A stretch of DNA of 64,000 bases, taken from an uncultured Acidobacteriota bacterium. Lineage in GTDB: Bacteria > Acidobacteriota > UBA6911 > RPQK01 > JAPXNP01. The translations under genes were made by a program, and so were the position numbers. Under the pieces are notes generated by a model. It saw only the letters and a list, made by a program, of their open reading frames with translations. It was not told the DNA's origin and made no database searches. The DNA lies in assembly GCA_963777605.1 (NCBI GenBank), contig CAVZRV010000031.1:463770-527769 (forward strand), in the 5' to 3' direction. Every line of letters begins with the position of its first letter. Positions within the stretch are counted from its first letter, which is position 1. This document shows, one piece after another, positions 41,423 to 51,478 of this stretch.

Positions 41423-43021
41423 CTAGCCGACCTGGAAATCCTGGGAGAGGTGGAGTTCGGAATCGGATATCTGGTCCTGAATCGAAACCCGCACCGTGTA
41501 CTTCCCAGGCCCCAAATCGGCGATCGGGAAGCTCCTCAGCACGATAATGCGGGATTCCGAAGCATAGTAAACGGACTCGTTGCTTTTCTCCTCAATCACG
41601 CCCAGAGACTGATCACCACGGAACAACTCCCACCGAACCGCCAGCTTCGGGTTTCCGGATGCCTGATCAAACGCCGCGTTGTAGACCTGGAGGTAGATCG
41701 CCAGAGGATCCTGGACCTGAAAATGGCGGGCCAGATTGGGCCGGATCCAGAGATCACCCAGAACAAACATCTCGTCGGCTTTGGGAATCTCGGGGAGAGC
41801 CCGAACGGCGTCGGACAGAATGATCGAACTGGCTGTCAGCTTCGAATCGTCGAACTGCTCAGGAACAATGGCCCGGCGGATCACGGAGATCTTGTTGCTG
41901 TTGGTATCCTTGAAAACCAGGTTGACCTTGTAGCGACTGCGGGTTTGGAGTACCAGCGTCTTCTGGTAGACAGAACGCGCACCCGGACTAAAATCGACCT
42001 TCCCGGGGTCGGTCGAAACAACCAGGTCATCCTCGAATTCGTTCACGATCTGACCCGACAGGCTGGAGATCTGCCCGTAGATTTCCACATCCGCCGTCAT
42101 TTGGCCGTCACGTTCGACCAGGGTGAGGTCCTTGTTTTCAATCTCGAACGTCAATGGAACGATCATTCGCCCTTCGCCGAGCCTGAACTGGTCGAACTGC
42201 ACCCGGACCGGGAGTTCGTCGTAAGACATGTTGACCTGAATGGCCTGCTGCAGATCCTTGTATTGGATCTCGGGCGGCCGCTGCACCATAACGTATTGCC
42301 GATACCGGTCGAACGGGTTATTGCGCCGCAGGTAGTAGCGCATGTCTTCCGACGTCCCCCGGTCCTTCCGGGAAGCAAAGCCTGCCTTCTCGTCCAGCGT
42401 CTCCCCCAGCGTCGGCACGTTGTAAAACGCGTCCTTCTCGTCCGGGTTCCGGGCAATCCGGTATTCGCCGCTGTAAGAAGGATCAACGAACTCGATTAAA
42501 ACGTCATCCCCCACACCATCGATGTGGTGGTACCGCCAAACTTCGTAAGGAAAGGTAACGGTCGTTCCCCCTCCCTCCCAGAGCGGCCGTTCGTAGGGGC
42601 CGCCCGTGGGATGCGGTTCGATCTGGTCCGGAGGGCCCTGGATGATGTAAATCCGCCCCCGGTCCGTCTTCCAGCCCGGCTCGCCACTTTCGTAGCGCTC
42701 GTTGGCATATGCGAGGCGCCGATAGTGCTCTTCTTTGAATTCGTTTGCCGCGGTGCTCGGGTCCGGGTCGCGACGGAACCAGAACTGCTCGATAAACTGT
42801 TCCCGCTCGTCGTCCGTGGAGAGTTTAAGGAAGGTCTCCTTCTCTTCGCGAGTGATGATGTAGACCACATCCTCCTCAAGCCACTTCTTGAAGTACTGTT
42901 GGGCCTCCTCGGACCTCAGTTGGCGGTCGTCCTCCTGGGCGAATGTGAAGTACGGACGACCGACGAAGAGACTGGTTGCCCCGGCAATCAAGAGAAACAC
43001 CCACAGGCGAGATCGAACCAT
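41423..43021 (-). CDS. GWxTD domain-containing protein
   Basis: WLEEDVVYII, FWFRRDP, GWKTDRGRIYI motif; signal peptide. Confidence 0.9.
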   Translation of the reverse strand: MVRSRLWVFLLIAGATSLFVGRPYFTFAQEDDRQLRSEEAQQYFKKWLEEDVVYIITREEKETFLKLSTDDEREQFIEQFWFRRDPDPSTAANEFKEEHYRRLAYANERYESGEPGWKTDRGRIYIIQGPPDQIEPHPTGGPYERPLWEGGGTTVTFPYEVWRYHHIDGVGDDVLIEFVDPSYSGEYRIARNPDEKDAFYNVPTLGETLDEKAGFASRKDRGTSEDMRYYLRRNNPFDRYRQYVMVQRPPEIQYKDLQQAIQVNMSYDELPVRVQFDQFRLGEGRMIVPLTFEIENKDLTLVERDGQMTADVEIYGQISSLSGQIVNEFEDDLVVSTDPGKVDFSPGARSVYQKTLVLQTRSRYKVNLVFKDTNSNKISVIRRAIVPEQFDDSKLTASSIILSDAVRALPEIPKADEMFVLGDLWIRPNLARHFQVQDPLAIYLQVYNAAFDQASGNPKLAVRWELFRGDQSLGVIEEKSNESVYYASESRIIVLRSFPIADLGPGKYTVRVSIQDQISDSELHLSQDFQVG

Positions 43022-43240
43022 AGACGACTCACTCCGCAAAATGAACGATTAACCCGTTCTGCCTATTCTAACGATCAGCCGCGATTCAAATCCAGTCCGG
43101 ATCTGCACGTCGGTCGTTTCGACAGGCTGTAGGATCGAGCCCATGAATTCCCCTCGAGCAATTTGACCACCGGACGGCCGACCTTCTATTTTGTGTCTCA
43201 GAGACTCCAACTTCTAACGAATGAACAGGAAAGGAAGAAT

Positions 43241-44350
43241 ATGTCTTCGCTCACGGATATTGTCCAGGAAATACTGGCCAAGAACAGCTGGAATGAGTGG
43301 CTGACCGGCCTCGTCACCTTCGGTCTCGCAGCCCTGATCCTGTATGTCCTGCGCAAAGTTCTGGTTGCCAAGTTCCAGTCCCTGGCCGCCAAGACGAACA
43401 CCAAGATCGACGACATTTTTGCCGAAGCCCTTTCCCGGACCCGCCTGCTCTTTCTTCTGACAGTGGCGATCTGGCTGGCGGCCCAGGCCCTTGCATTGCC
43501 GGACGTTGTAACGAAGGTTCTCACCGGCATCGTGACGATCGCGACTTTCGTACAGATCGGGATCTGGGCCAACGCCATGCTCGGCCACGTCGTGGGCCAC
43601 TTTGTCCGGCTCGAAATAGAGGAGGAGGCCTCCCAGGTCGCGACGACAACCGCCCTGACATTTGTGGGCCGCCTTCTCCTTTGGTCACTCGTGATGCTGT
43701 TGACCCTCGACAACCTGGGAGTCAACATCAACTCTCTCATCGCTTCCCTCGGCATCGGCGGCATCGCCGTCGCCCTGGCGGCACAGAATATCCTTGGGGA
43801 CCTCTTCGCTTCCCTTTCGATCATGTTCGACAAACCGTTCGTCGTCGGCGACTTCATCATCGTGGATGAAGTCATGGGAAGCGTGGAGCGGATCGGCATG
43901 AAGACAACCCGAATCCGCAGCCTGTCAGGTGAGCAGTTGATCATGTCGAACAACGACCTGCTCAAGAGCCGGATCAAGAATTACAAACGGATGCAGGAGC
44001 GTCGCGTCGTTTTCAGCGTAGGCGTTACGTATCAGACACCGGCGGACAAGCTTCGCAAGATACCGACCATCATTCGCACCGCGATCGAAGAGCGGGAGAA
44101 CACCCGCTTTGACCGGAGTCACTTCAAAGGCTTTGGGGATTCCGCGTTATTGTTCGAAACTGTTCTCTGGATAGAGAAGCCCGACTACAACATCATGATG
44201 GACCTCATGCAGGAGATCAATCTCAAGATATACGGAGAGTTTGAGAAGGAAGGGATCGAGTTTGCGTATCCGACCCAGACCATCCATCTCGAGACGGAAA
44301 CGGCAGCGCAACCCATGGAACCGAAACAACCGGTCAAGAAGTCAAGGTAG
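43241..44350 (+). CDS. Small-conductance mechanosensitive channel (MscS family)
   Basis: LGIGGIAVALAAQ, DKPFVVGDFI, GIEFAYPT. Confidence 0.9.
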   Translation: MSSLTDIVQEILAKNSWNEWLTGLVTFGLAALILYVLRKVLVAKFQSLAAKTNTKIDDIFAEALSRTRLLFLLTVAIWLAAQALALPDVVTKVLTGIVTIATFVQIGIWANAMLGHVVGHFVRLEIEEEASQVATTTALTFVGRLLLWSLVMLLTLDNLGVNINSLIASLGIGGIAVALAAQNILGDLFASLSIMFDKPFVVGDFIIVDEVMGSVERIGMKTTRIRSLSGEQLIMSNNDLLKSRIKNYKRMQERRVVFSVGVTYQTPADKLRKIPTIIRTAIEERENTRFDRSHFKGFGDSALLFETVLWIEKPDYNIMMDLMQEINLKIYGEFEKEGIEFAYPTQTIHLETETAAQPMEPKQPVKKSR

Positions 44351-44362
44351 AGGAATCAGACA

Positions 44363-44602
44363 ATGGCAGACAAAGATCTGAAATGGGAACAGAACAAGAA
44401 GGGCAAGTATTACGTTGACCAGACCTGCATTGCTGCAAAGTACTGCCTCAGCGTGGCGCCGGAAAACTTCAAACTGGATGAGAGCGGGGGTCATGCGGTC
44501 CTGGTTCGCCAGCCGGAAGGGGCGGAAGAGGAGGAACGGGTGCGTGACGCCCTGAACGGGTGCCCCGTCGGCGCCATCGGCGACGACGGCGAGGAGGACT
44601 GA
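44363..44602 (+). CDS. Ferredoxin, probably [3Fe-4S]
   Basis: YVDQTCIAAKYC...CPVGAI (CxxAxxC...CP). Confidence 0.8.
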   Translation: MADKDLKWEQNKKGKYYVDQTCIAAKYCLSVAPENFKLDESGGHAVLVRQPEGAEEEERVRDALNGCPVGAIGDDGEED

Positions 44603-44612
44603 TCGATCAGCC

Positions 44613-46425
44613 TCAGGGGTCGAGGTGGGCGGACTCGGAATCGCCCATCTCGACCCCCGCAGGGAAAATACTCCCTCCATCGAGTCGAGACCCGCGCGCT
44701 GATCTCCTCCGAGCAATGGAGTTCCCCGGGGAAATGAGGCTTCAGCCTGGCGTCGATCACGACCGGGAAGCGGTAGCTGATGTGATTGCGGACCACGGAA
44801 GACTGTGCCGCATGGATGTCCGCTGCCGGTTCGAAACGGGTGAACGTGGTCCAGAGGAAATTCATGCTGCTCCTGGCCGCCCGCTCCGGTTCATCGCTCA
44901 GAACAATCAGGGGCCAGTCACGAAATGCCGGAGAACCGGCAACTCGGTGGGGCAGATCCGGGTCGTCTCTGAATGAGTCACCCCCCACCACGAGGCATCC
45001 CGGACAAAAAACCTGGACCACGGTTGCGCCTCGAGGCAGATCGGCGGCAGAAAACTCCGCCGGCAGAGTTCGTACCGGGTCGCCCAGTCCCATCCAGACT
45101 CCTTTTGAACCCTCGTTGACCCTGGGACCGCTGTAGTCGAGCGTGTCCATGGAGAGGTTGGAAAAGACGTAAAGGTCGGTTTCCGGGTTGGTCCGTTCCA
45201 GGACGTGGCACAGAGTCGCCTTGAAGTCCCTCAGTTCGACCTGCCGATCGGTTACGAGGAGGAATTTCGTCAGCGAAAGCTGCCCCTCGCCCAGGATCCG
45301 GAACGCCGAGACCATGGCTTCTCGCCGGTAACGCTCCCTGACCCGGGCCGCGGACAGCGAATGGTATCCGGTCTCCCCGTAGGACCAGAGGTCCACCACT
45401 GATGGCATTACCAGGGGAAAGACGGGCGACAGGAGTTCCTGGAGGAGATCTCCAATGAAGAAGTCTTCCTGTCTCGGTTTCCCGACCACCGTCGCGGGGA
45501 AGATCGGTTCACGGCGGCGAATCACCCGGTCAATCTCGAAAACCGGGTAGTCGTGTTGAAGGCTATAGTAGCCGTAGTGATCCCCGAATGGACCCTCCGG
45601 CTTTCGGATGTGCGGCATTACCTTTCCGACCAGTGCAAACTCGGCCGTCGCGGGGACCGGATGGGGACCGAGTCCATCAACTCGCTTCAGACGATGTCCA
45701 AGAAGGAACGATGCCAGGAGCAGTTCCGGGACGTTTTCTGGAAGTGGAGCGATCGCCGAAAGCAGAAGTGCAGGCGGCCCGCCCAGGAACACGGTTACCG
45801 GCAGGGGCTGATTCCTGGCTTCCGCCGCGGCATAGTGGAATCCCCCGCCCTTTCCGATTTGCCAGTGCATCCCGGTGCTGTTTCGGCTCTGAACCTGCAT
45901 CCGGTACATGCCGAGGTTGTGCCCAAGGCCGTCCGGATGTTCGGTGTACACCAGCGGCAGCGTTAAGAATGGCCCTCCATCCTCCGGCCAGCAAGTCAGA
46001 ACCGGCAGGCGGTGCAGATCGGGCGCTTCCACGACCTCGCCCACAGGGCCCCGGCGGACTCGCCGGGTTCCGGTGCGGAGGAGCGCACCAACGACGTCGC
46101 GGGCTTCCCAGATCCGGCCAGCAGTGGGCGGAAGCAGGTGCTGGGCGGTCTCCACGATCCGGCGGACCAACTGGAGCGGCCGTTTCCCGAACGCCATCTC
46201 CGCACGTTTCCGGGTTCCGAAAAGGTTCGTGACCAGCGGCACCGCAGAGTTCCGGACGTTCGTGAAGAGGAGAGCCGGCCCGCCGGCCGCAATGACCCGT
46301 CGATGGATCTCGGCCACTTCAAGGTGAGCGTCAACTTCCGCTTCGACCGTGGCCAGGTCTCCATTCCGCTTCAGTTCCGCAAGGAACTGCCGCAGATCCG
46401 GAAACCCGTGATGATCTCGACTCAT
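44613..46425 (-). CDS. UbiD-family decarboxylase; frameshift near C-terminus (~44660)
   Basis: NLGMYRMQ, EGPFGDHYGYY, TVVGKP, DTLDY; start at MSRDHH. Confidence 0.85.
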
Positions 46426-46575
46426 GCTTCTCCACTTCCTTCTTGCCCGCAGGGCCGCCGCCAACTTGACGGTTCGGGCAACCCACCCATAGAATCCGGT
46501 CGGTGGAGCACGAGACGCATCAAGCTCGACCTCGACATCTGCGGAACACCTTTCTTTACTAAAGGACTGAGCAAC

Positions 46576-48648
46576 GTGGCGACACACTATCACGAAATAA
46601 TGCTGATTTTATCGACGGCAATCCTTCTCGCCGCCTGCGGATCTCCGGCGCCGGCAAACAAGGCTGAACAGGGATCGGATGAGTTCCAGTACGAGACCGA
46701 ACAATTCGCCGACATTCGAATTCTCAGATACCAGGTCCCGGGGTTTGATTCCCTGCCGCTGCAGGAGAAGAAGTTGCTCTACTACCTTTCTGAGTCCGGT
46801 CTCTCCGGCCGCGATATTATCTGGGACCAGAACTACCGACACAACCTCCTGATCCGCCACACCCTGGACAACATTGTCCGGACCTACCAGGGAACGCGCG
46901 AATCCCCCGACTGGGACGAGTTCATGGTCTACACCAAGCGGGTCTGGTTCTCGAATGGAATCCACCACCACTACTCCACCATCAAGCTGGTACCCGGGTT
47001 CACGGCCGACTACTTCGCCCAACTGGTTCACAACTCCGATGCAACCGGATTCCCCCTGAAGGTGGGCGAGACCGTCGACGACCTGATCGAAATGCTCCGC
47101 CCCATCCTCTTCGACCCGACCGTGGATGCCAAGAAAGTCAACCTGGCCGACGATGCCGACAAGGTTCTGGATTCCGCTACGAATTTCTACGGTCCCAACC
47201 TGACCGAGAAAGAGGTCGAGGACTTTTATGCCAAGCGGATCTCCAAGGACGAGCCTAACCCCATCTCGTACGGGCTCAATTCACAACTGGTCAAGGAGAA
47301 CGGAAAGATCTTCGAGCGGACCTGGAAGGTCGGGGGAATGTACTCCCCTGCCCTCGAGCGCGTCGTCTACTGGCTGGAACAGGCAGCTTCGGTGGCGGAG
47401 ACACCTCAACAGAAAAAGGTCATCGACGTCCTGGCAGACTTCTTCCGTACCGGGGACCTCCGCACCTTTGACGACTACAGTATCGACTGGGTCGAGGAGA
47501 CTCAAACCAACGTCGATTTCATCAACGGGTTCATCGAGGTCTACGGCGATCCGCTCGGCTACCGCGGTTCGTTCGAGTCGATCGCCTACTTCACCGACCC
47601 CGAAGCGACCCGAAGGATCGATACGCTGAGCAGGAATGCCCAGTGGTTCGAAGACCACTCGCCGATTCTTCCCAACCACAAGAAGAAGGAAGTCAAGGGC
47701 ATTTCGGCGAAGGTGATCACGGTTGCCGGAGAAGCTGGAGACTCTTCTCCATCCACTCCCATCGGAATCAATCTGCCCAATGCGAACTGGATCCGCAAGG
47801 AGTACGGCTCGAAATCGGTCAACCTGGGCAACATCGTTCATGCCTACTACGAGTCCTCGAAATCGGGCGGCGTACTCGAAGAATTTGCCTACAGCGAGCA
47901 TGAAATCGAGCGAAGCCGGGAGTACGGGGGGCTTGCCGACAACCTGCATACCGACCTTCACGAAGTGATTGGACACGCCTCGGGCCAGATCGAGCCGGGA
48001 GTCGGAACGCCGAAGGAGACGCTCAAGAGTTACGCTTCTACCCTTGAAGAGGCGCGGGCCGACCTCGTCGCCCTTTACTACCTGATGGACCCAAAGCTGG
48101 TGGAACTCGGAGTGATGCCCTCTCTCGAAGTCGGCAAGGCGGCCTACGATGACTTCATTCGCAATGCGCTTCTCGTCCAATTGGCCAGAATCAAGCCGGG
48201 TGAGAACATTGAAGAAGCCCACATGCGGAACCGGCAACTCATCGCCGAATGGGCCTACCAAAAGGGGCGAGAGCGCAACATTATCGAGCGTAAGGAGCGG
48301 GACGGGAAGACCTACTTCGTGATCAACGACTACGAAGGGCTGCGGCAACTCTTCGGAGACCTCCTTCGCGAGATCCAGCGAATCACCTCTCAGGGGGACT
48401 ACGAAGCCGGCAAGAAACTGGTCGAGGAATACGGCGTTCAGGTTGACCAGACTCTCCACGACCAGGTCCTCGAACGTTGGGCCAGTCTCAACCGGGCCCC
48501 TTATGCCGGTTTCATCAACCCGGTGCTGGAAGCCGTGATGGACGACTCGGGTGCGATCACCGACATCACTGTGCGCTACCCCACCGACTTTACGCGGCAG
48601 ATGCTGGAATACGGCGAGCGCTACTCCCTGCTGCCGATCAACAACTAG
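46576..48648 (+). CDS. Dipeptidyl-peptidase III (peptidase M49) lipoprotein
   Basis: LAA|C lipobox; GINLPN, HEVIGH zinc motif, EEARAD. Confidence 0.9.
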   Translation: MATHYHEIMLILSTAILLAACGSPAPANKAEQGSDEFQYETEQFADIRILRYQVPGFDSLPLQEKKLLYYLSESGLSGRDIIWDQNYRHNLLIRHTLDNIVRTYQGTRESPDWDEFMVYTKRVWFSNGIHHHYSTIKLVPGFTADYFAQLVHNSDATGFPLKVGETVDDLIEMLRPILFDPTVDAKKVNLADDADKVLDSATNFYGPNLTEKEVEDFYAKRISKDEPNPISYGLNSQLVKENGKIFERTWKVGGMYSPALERVVYWLEQAASVAETPQQKKVIDVLADFFRTGDLRTFDDYSIDWVEETQTNVDFINGFIEVYGDPLGYRGSFESIAYFTDPEATRRIDTLSRNAQWFEDHSPILPNHKKKEVKGISAKVITVAGEAGDSSPSTPIGINLPNANWIRKEYGSKSVNLGNIVHAYYESSKSGGVLEEFAYSEHEIERSREYGGLADNLHTDLHEVIGHASGQIEPGVGTPKETLKSYASTLEEARADLVALYYLMDPKLVELGVMPSLEVGKAAYDDFIRNALLVQLARIKPGENIEEAHMRNRQLIAEWAYQKGRERNIIERKERDGKTYFVINDYEGLRQLFGDLLREIQRITSQGDYEAGKKLVEEYGVQVDQTLHDQVLERWASLNRAPYAGFINPVLEAVMDDSGAITDITVRYPTDFTRQMLEYGERYSLLPINN

Positions 48649-48664
48649 GAGACAAGGAACAGGT

Positions 48665-49321
48665 ATGTGCGGACGTTACACATTGACCCAGGCTGGGATG
48701 CTGCCGACACTGTTTGAAGTCAGCGATACCCGCATCTCTCCGCGTTTTAACATCGCTCCGTCGCAGTCGGCTCCGATTATCCGGGCGGCTGAGGCAGGGG
48801 GACGTGAGATGGTTAAATTGCGGTGGGGCCTCGTTCCCGGCTGGTTCAAGGAAGTACCGTCCGGCTCTCCCATGATCAATGCCCGTTCCGAGACGGCGAA
48901 TGAAAAGGCTTCCTTCCGGAACGCGTTCCGGCGCCGGCGTTGCCTGGTGCCCGCGGACGGTTTCTTCGAATGGGAAAAGAGAGAGAAACGAAAGCAGCCG
49001 TTCCACTTCCGAATGTCGGACGGGTCGGTTTTCGCGTTCGCAGGCCTGTGGGAGCACTTCCAGCAGGAAGATACCGAGATCGAGTCTTTCACCATCCTGA
49101 CTTGTTCGGCCAACGAGCTCGTCGGCCGAATTCACGAGCGAATGCCGGTCATCCTTCCCCCGGAACGGTACAATCTGTGGCTCGACAGTTCGGCCCCGAC
49201 CGAGGCGCTGGATTCTCTCCTGGCTCCGTTCGATCCCGACGGGATGGTTTCCTATCCCGTCAGTCTGGCCGTGAACAGTCCCTCCAACGACAGCGAGGAG
49301 TGCGTGCGTCCACTGGCTTAA
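48665..49321 (+). CDS. SOS response-associated peptidase (SRAP/YedK/HMCES)
   Basis: MCGRY N-terminus, INARSE, GFFEW, HERMPVIL. Confidence 0.9.
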   Translation: MCGRYTLTQAGMLPTLFEVSDTRISPRFNIAPSQSAPIIRAAEAGGREMVKLRWGLVPGWFKEVPSGSPMINARSETANEKASFRNAFRRRRCLVPADGFFEWEKREKRKQPFHFRMSDGSVFAFAGLWEHFQQEDTEIESFTILTCSANELVGRIHERMPVILPPERYNLWLDSSAPTEALDSLLAPFDPDGMVSYPVSLAVNSPSNDSEECVRPLA

Positions 49322-49357
49322 GACTGAAACTCACCTGGAGCTTCAGACAGGAAAGTT

Positions 49358-49855
49358 GTGAATAAGCGATACCAGAATTCGACATCACCGGAAGTGACGC
49401 TCTACTCAGACGGGGCCTGCAGTGGGAACCCCGGCCCCGGCGGATGGGCGTTAATCCTCCGCCACGAACCGACCGGAAAGGAATTGGAGAAGTCGGGCGC
49501 CGAAGCGATGACGACCAACAACCGGATGGAGTTGCAAGCCGTCATCGAAGGACTCAAGGCGCTCAAGCGCCCCACCCGTGTTCACGTGGTAACCGACAGT
49601 GCCTATGTCAAGAACGGGCTGGAAACCTGGCTCCCGGGTTGGAAGGCGCGCAACTGGAAGCGAAAGACCTCGGGAGGACTCAAGCCGGTCAAAAACGTGG
49701 AACTCTGGCAGGAACTGGACCTCCTGATTCAGAAACACGAGGCCACCTTTGAACAGGTTCGAGGCCACGCCGGGCATCCCGAGAACGAGCGTTGTGACGA
49801 GCTCGCCGTTCAGGCTTACAAGGCGCTCATGAAAGAGGACACGCCATCCAGATAG
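49358..49855 (+). CDS. rnhA: Ribonuclease HI
   Basis: DGACSGNPGPGG, TNNRMEL, TDS, KNVELW, GHAGHPENERCD. Confidence 0.95.
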   Translation: MNKRYQNSTSPEVTLYSDGACSGNPGPGGWALILRHEPTGKELEKSGAEAMTTNNRMELQAVIEGLKALKRPTRVHVVTDSAYVKNGLETWLPGWKARNWKRKTSGGLKPVKNVELWQELDLLIQKHEATFEQVRGHAGHPENERCDELAVQAYKALMKEDTPSR

Positions 49856-49921
49856 TCGGATCTTGAGATTGATTGGGCCTCAAATGAAAACCCCTTCAGG
49901 TAATTCTCATCTGTATTAGAG

Positions 49922-50719
49922 ATGTTGCGAAACAGGTTAGCTGTAATCATTGCTCTTTTCACCCTGGGGACTGCGACCGTCCTCGCCGAAGACAAACCCG
50001 CGGCCCTGACTCCGGAACAGATCATCGCCAAGTTCACCGCCAAGGAGTCGGAGTTCCGCCAGGTCTGGGAACAGTACACTTACACCCAGCGGATTCTGTT
50101 CCAGGTGCTGGATCGGAACGACGAACCGGCCGAACAGCGGGAACTGATCGTGGAGGTATTCTTCAACTCCGACGGCACCCGGGACAGCCGGGTGGTCTCC
50201 GATCGCGGAAGTATTTCCAGTGTGCAGGTGACCGAGCAGGACCTCTCCGACGCGCTGAACATGCAACCTTTTGTGTTGACCTCGGATGAAATCTCCCACT
50301 ACAAGGTCAAATACAAGGGTAAGGAACAGGTCGACGAGTTGAATACCTATGTCTTTGATGTCGACCCAAAGGACATGGAGCGGGGCAAGCGCTATTTCAA
50401 GGGACGCGTCTGGGTCGACGACGTCGATCTCCAGATCGTCATGTCCAAGGGCAAGATCGAGCCCGACCTGGGCAACAACAAGTTTCCCAAGTTCGAGACC
50501 GTACGAGAGCAGATCGACAGCCAGTACTGGTTCCCCACCTGGACTCTGGCCGATGACGTGCTCCACTTCGGCGGCGGTTTCAGCCGCGGTGGTTGGGGAG
50601 GCGGCTCCAACAGCGTGCACATCAAGGTGCTGATCACCTACAGCGACTTCCAGAAGTACGAGGTGGGCACGTCGATCAAGTACGGGACGCCGACCGAGGA
50701 GAAGCCGGAAAAACCATAA
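49922..50719 (+). CDS. Secreted hypothetical protein
   Basis: Signal peptide; beta-rich body (YTYTQ, FKGRVWVD, YWFP). Confidence 0.7.
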   Translation: MLRNRLAVIIALFTLGTATVLAEDKPAALTPEQIIAKFTAKESEFRQVWEQYTYTQRILFQVLDRNDEPAEQRELIVEVFFNSDGTRDSRVVSDRGSISSVQVTEQDLSDALNMQPFVLTSDEISHYKVKYKGKEQVDELNTYVFDVDPKDMERGKRYFKGRVWVDDVDLQIVMSKGKIEPDLGNNKFPKFETVREQIDSQYWFPTWTLADDVLHFGGGFSRGGWGGGSNSVHIKVLITYSDFQKYEVGTSIKYGTPTEEKPEKP

Positions 50720-50859
50720 ACATCTACGATTTACGATTTGTTATTTGTGATTGGGGGCCGAGGTCCCGGTATCCGGGTTTCCGATTTCTAGTTTCTGGTT
50801 TCGGGTGCAGATTAGCCCGCCGCCTTCGCGCGCGGAAACCATTCAGAGACTGAAACTGG

Positions 50860-51060
50860 ACCTGGCGCTGGAGGGCCTTGGTTTCAGCCCAGGGCTTGCC
50901 CTGGGTCTGGGGTCCCGGCAAGGCGATCGCGGCCTGTAAGGTCGCGCCGATTCTTCACGTCCGGAGAGCTGTGCCGCCCTTTCAGGGCTGGATTCTTGAT
51001 GGGTGGACCGTGAACCCAGGCAAATGCCTGGGCTGGAAACAGGCCCCCTTCAGGGGCCAG
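50860..51060. repeat. Palindrome-rich REP-like intergenic element
   Basis: agcccagggcttgccctggg, gccctttcagggc, cccaggcaaatgcctggg, gcccccttcaggggc hairpins. Confidence 0.5.
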
Positions 51061-51229
51061 TCCGGCGCCGATCCTGTGATCATCACTCATCCACGTCCGG
51101 CACCGGACCAGGAACCAGGATCCAGCCGATAATCGCGTCCCTGGCTCTCCACCGATCGCCTCGAAGCTCCGTCCAGACGCATCCAATTCGTCCAGGTTTT
51201 TCAACTCATCCCAAATGAAGTTTCAGGTC

Positions 51230-51341
51230 GGCCCCGATTGCGGAGTGGAATGGAGCAGCCCAGAATGAAGCCAAAGGCGGTATCCTGGGTACCGCCCGGC
51301 CCACCACCAACCCCAAGTCCCGCCGCAGGCGGGACGACATG
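51230..51341 (+). repeat. Palindromic dispersed repeat, family 2, copy 2
   Basis: agcccagaatgaagccaaaggcggtatcctgggt...agtcccgccgcaggcgggacgacat, homologous to 27585-27690. Confidence 0.65.
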
Positions 51342-51478
51342 GCCAAGGCGGAGCACGGCAACACCAAATCCGGCGACTTCCCCACCGAGTCACCGGATCA
51401 CCAATCACAATCCCAAAATGCGGAATCGTCCTGGATCGGATTCAATTCGAACGGGCTTTTTGCGTATGATGAAGGGCG

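Noticed and set aside
43070-43110. GATTCAAATCC resembling a tRNA T-loop
   Set aside because: No cloverleaf, acceptor stem or D-arm can be built
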